A stretch of 61,772 nucleotides of DNA, filler included, from Dimargaris cristalligena (lineage: Eukaryota): NCBI GenBank assembly GCA_003614675.1. It is 12 parts of 12 records of this genome, joined end to end, with 100 filler letters (N's around TTAATTAATTAA, not from the genome) between each part and the next. Parts side by side here need not be neighbours in the genome. Positions count along the whole stretch, not along the records: positions 56,771 to 61,772 come from ML003694.1; 11 more parts are not named here. The stretch is one strand, 5' to 3'. Below the pieces are notes generated by a model that saw only the letters and a program-made list of their open reading frames with translations, was not told the DNA's origin and ran no database searches. Each line of letters opens with the position of its first letter. The first letter of the stretch is position 1. Shown here in pieces: positions 61,576 through 61,772 of the stretch. A program made the position numbers and the translations under genes.

Positions 61576-61772
61576 GTAAGTATTTATTAATTTAAAAGGC
61601 ATTGGTTATGGACCGGTTTGCCTCTCTCCCCCTGATTTATGTATGTATGCATGTATGCGTATATCACCAACGCACTATTTGGTACTGTTAATGTAAACTA
61701 ATCTCAGCCCACTCTTCTTTTATTTGTTCGGCCAATCCGGTACATTAATTTTACATTACTTAGTGCAATGTA

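Overview
Eukaryotic (fungal) DNA. It is not one locus: 12 unrelated ~5 kb contigs are joined by identical 100-bp N44-TTAATTAATTAA-N44 linkers and ordered by decreasing length (5117 to 5002 bp). GC-rich intron-poor genes, GTAAGT donors and orphan secreted proteins suggest an early-diverging fungus, possibly a Zoopagomycota mycoparasite (inference only). Conserved genes: ELO fatty-acid elongase, partial Mi-2/Mit1-like CHD remodeler (probably split over contigs 12 and 2), partial ENA-type P-type ATPase, 3-exon ARL8, a RING/TRAF-type gene, and a RAMA plus MLL-type triple-PHD protein. Mobile DNA: a decayed Ty3/Gypsy element with an unannotated dUTPase between gag and protease, a 592-bp solo LTR with a 5-bp TSD plus several related copies, a second LTR family nested in them, and a ~145-bp MITE family. 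Best candidates for novelty: (1) signal-peptide proteins carrying intracellular host-manipulation domains (six C2H2 fingers; an F-box), a putative effector set; (2) the RAMA-PHD protein, a candidate 6mA/H3K4me dual reader; (3) the dUTPase-bearing retrotransposon; (4) a (GGN/GGD)n protein missed by the ORF track.
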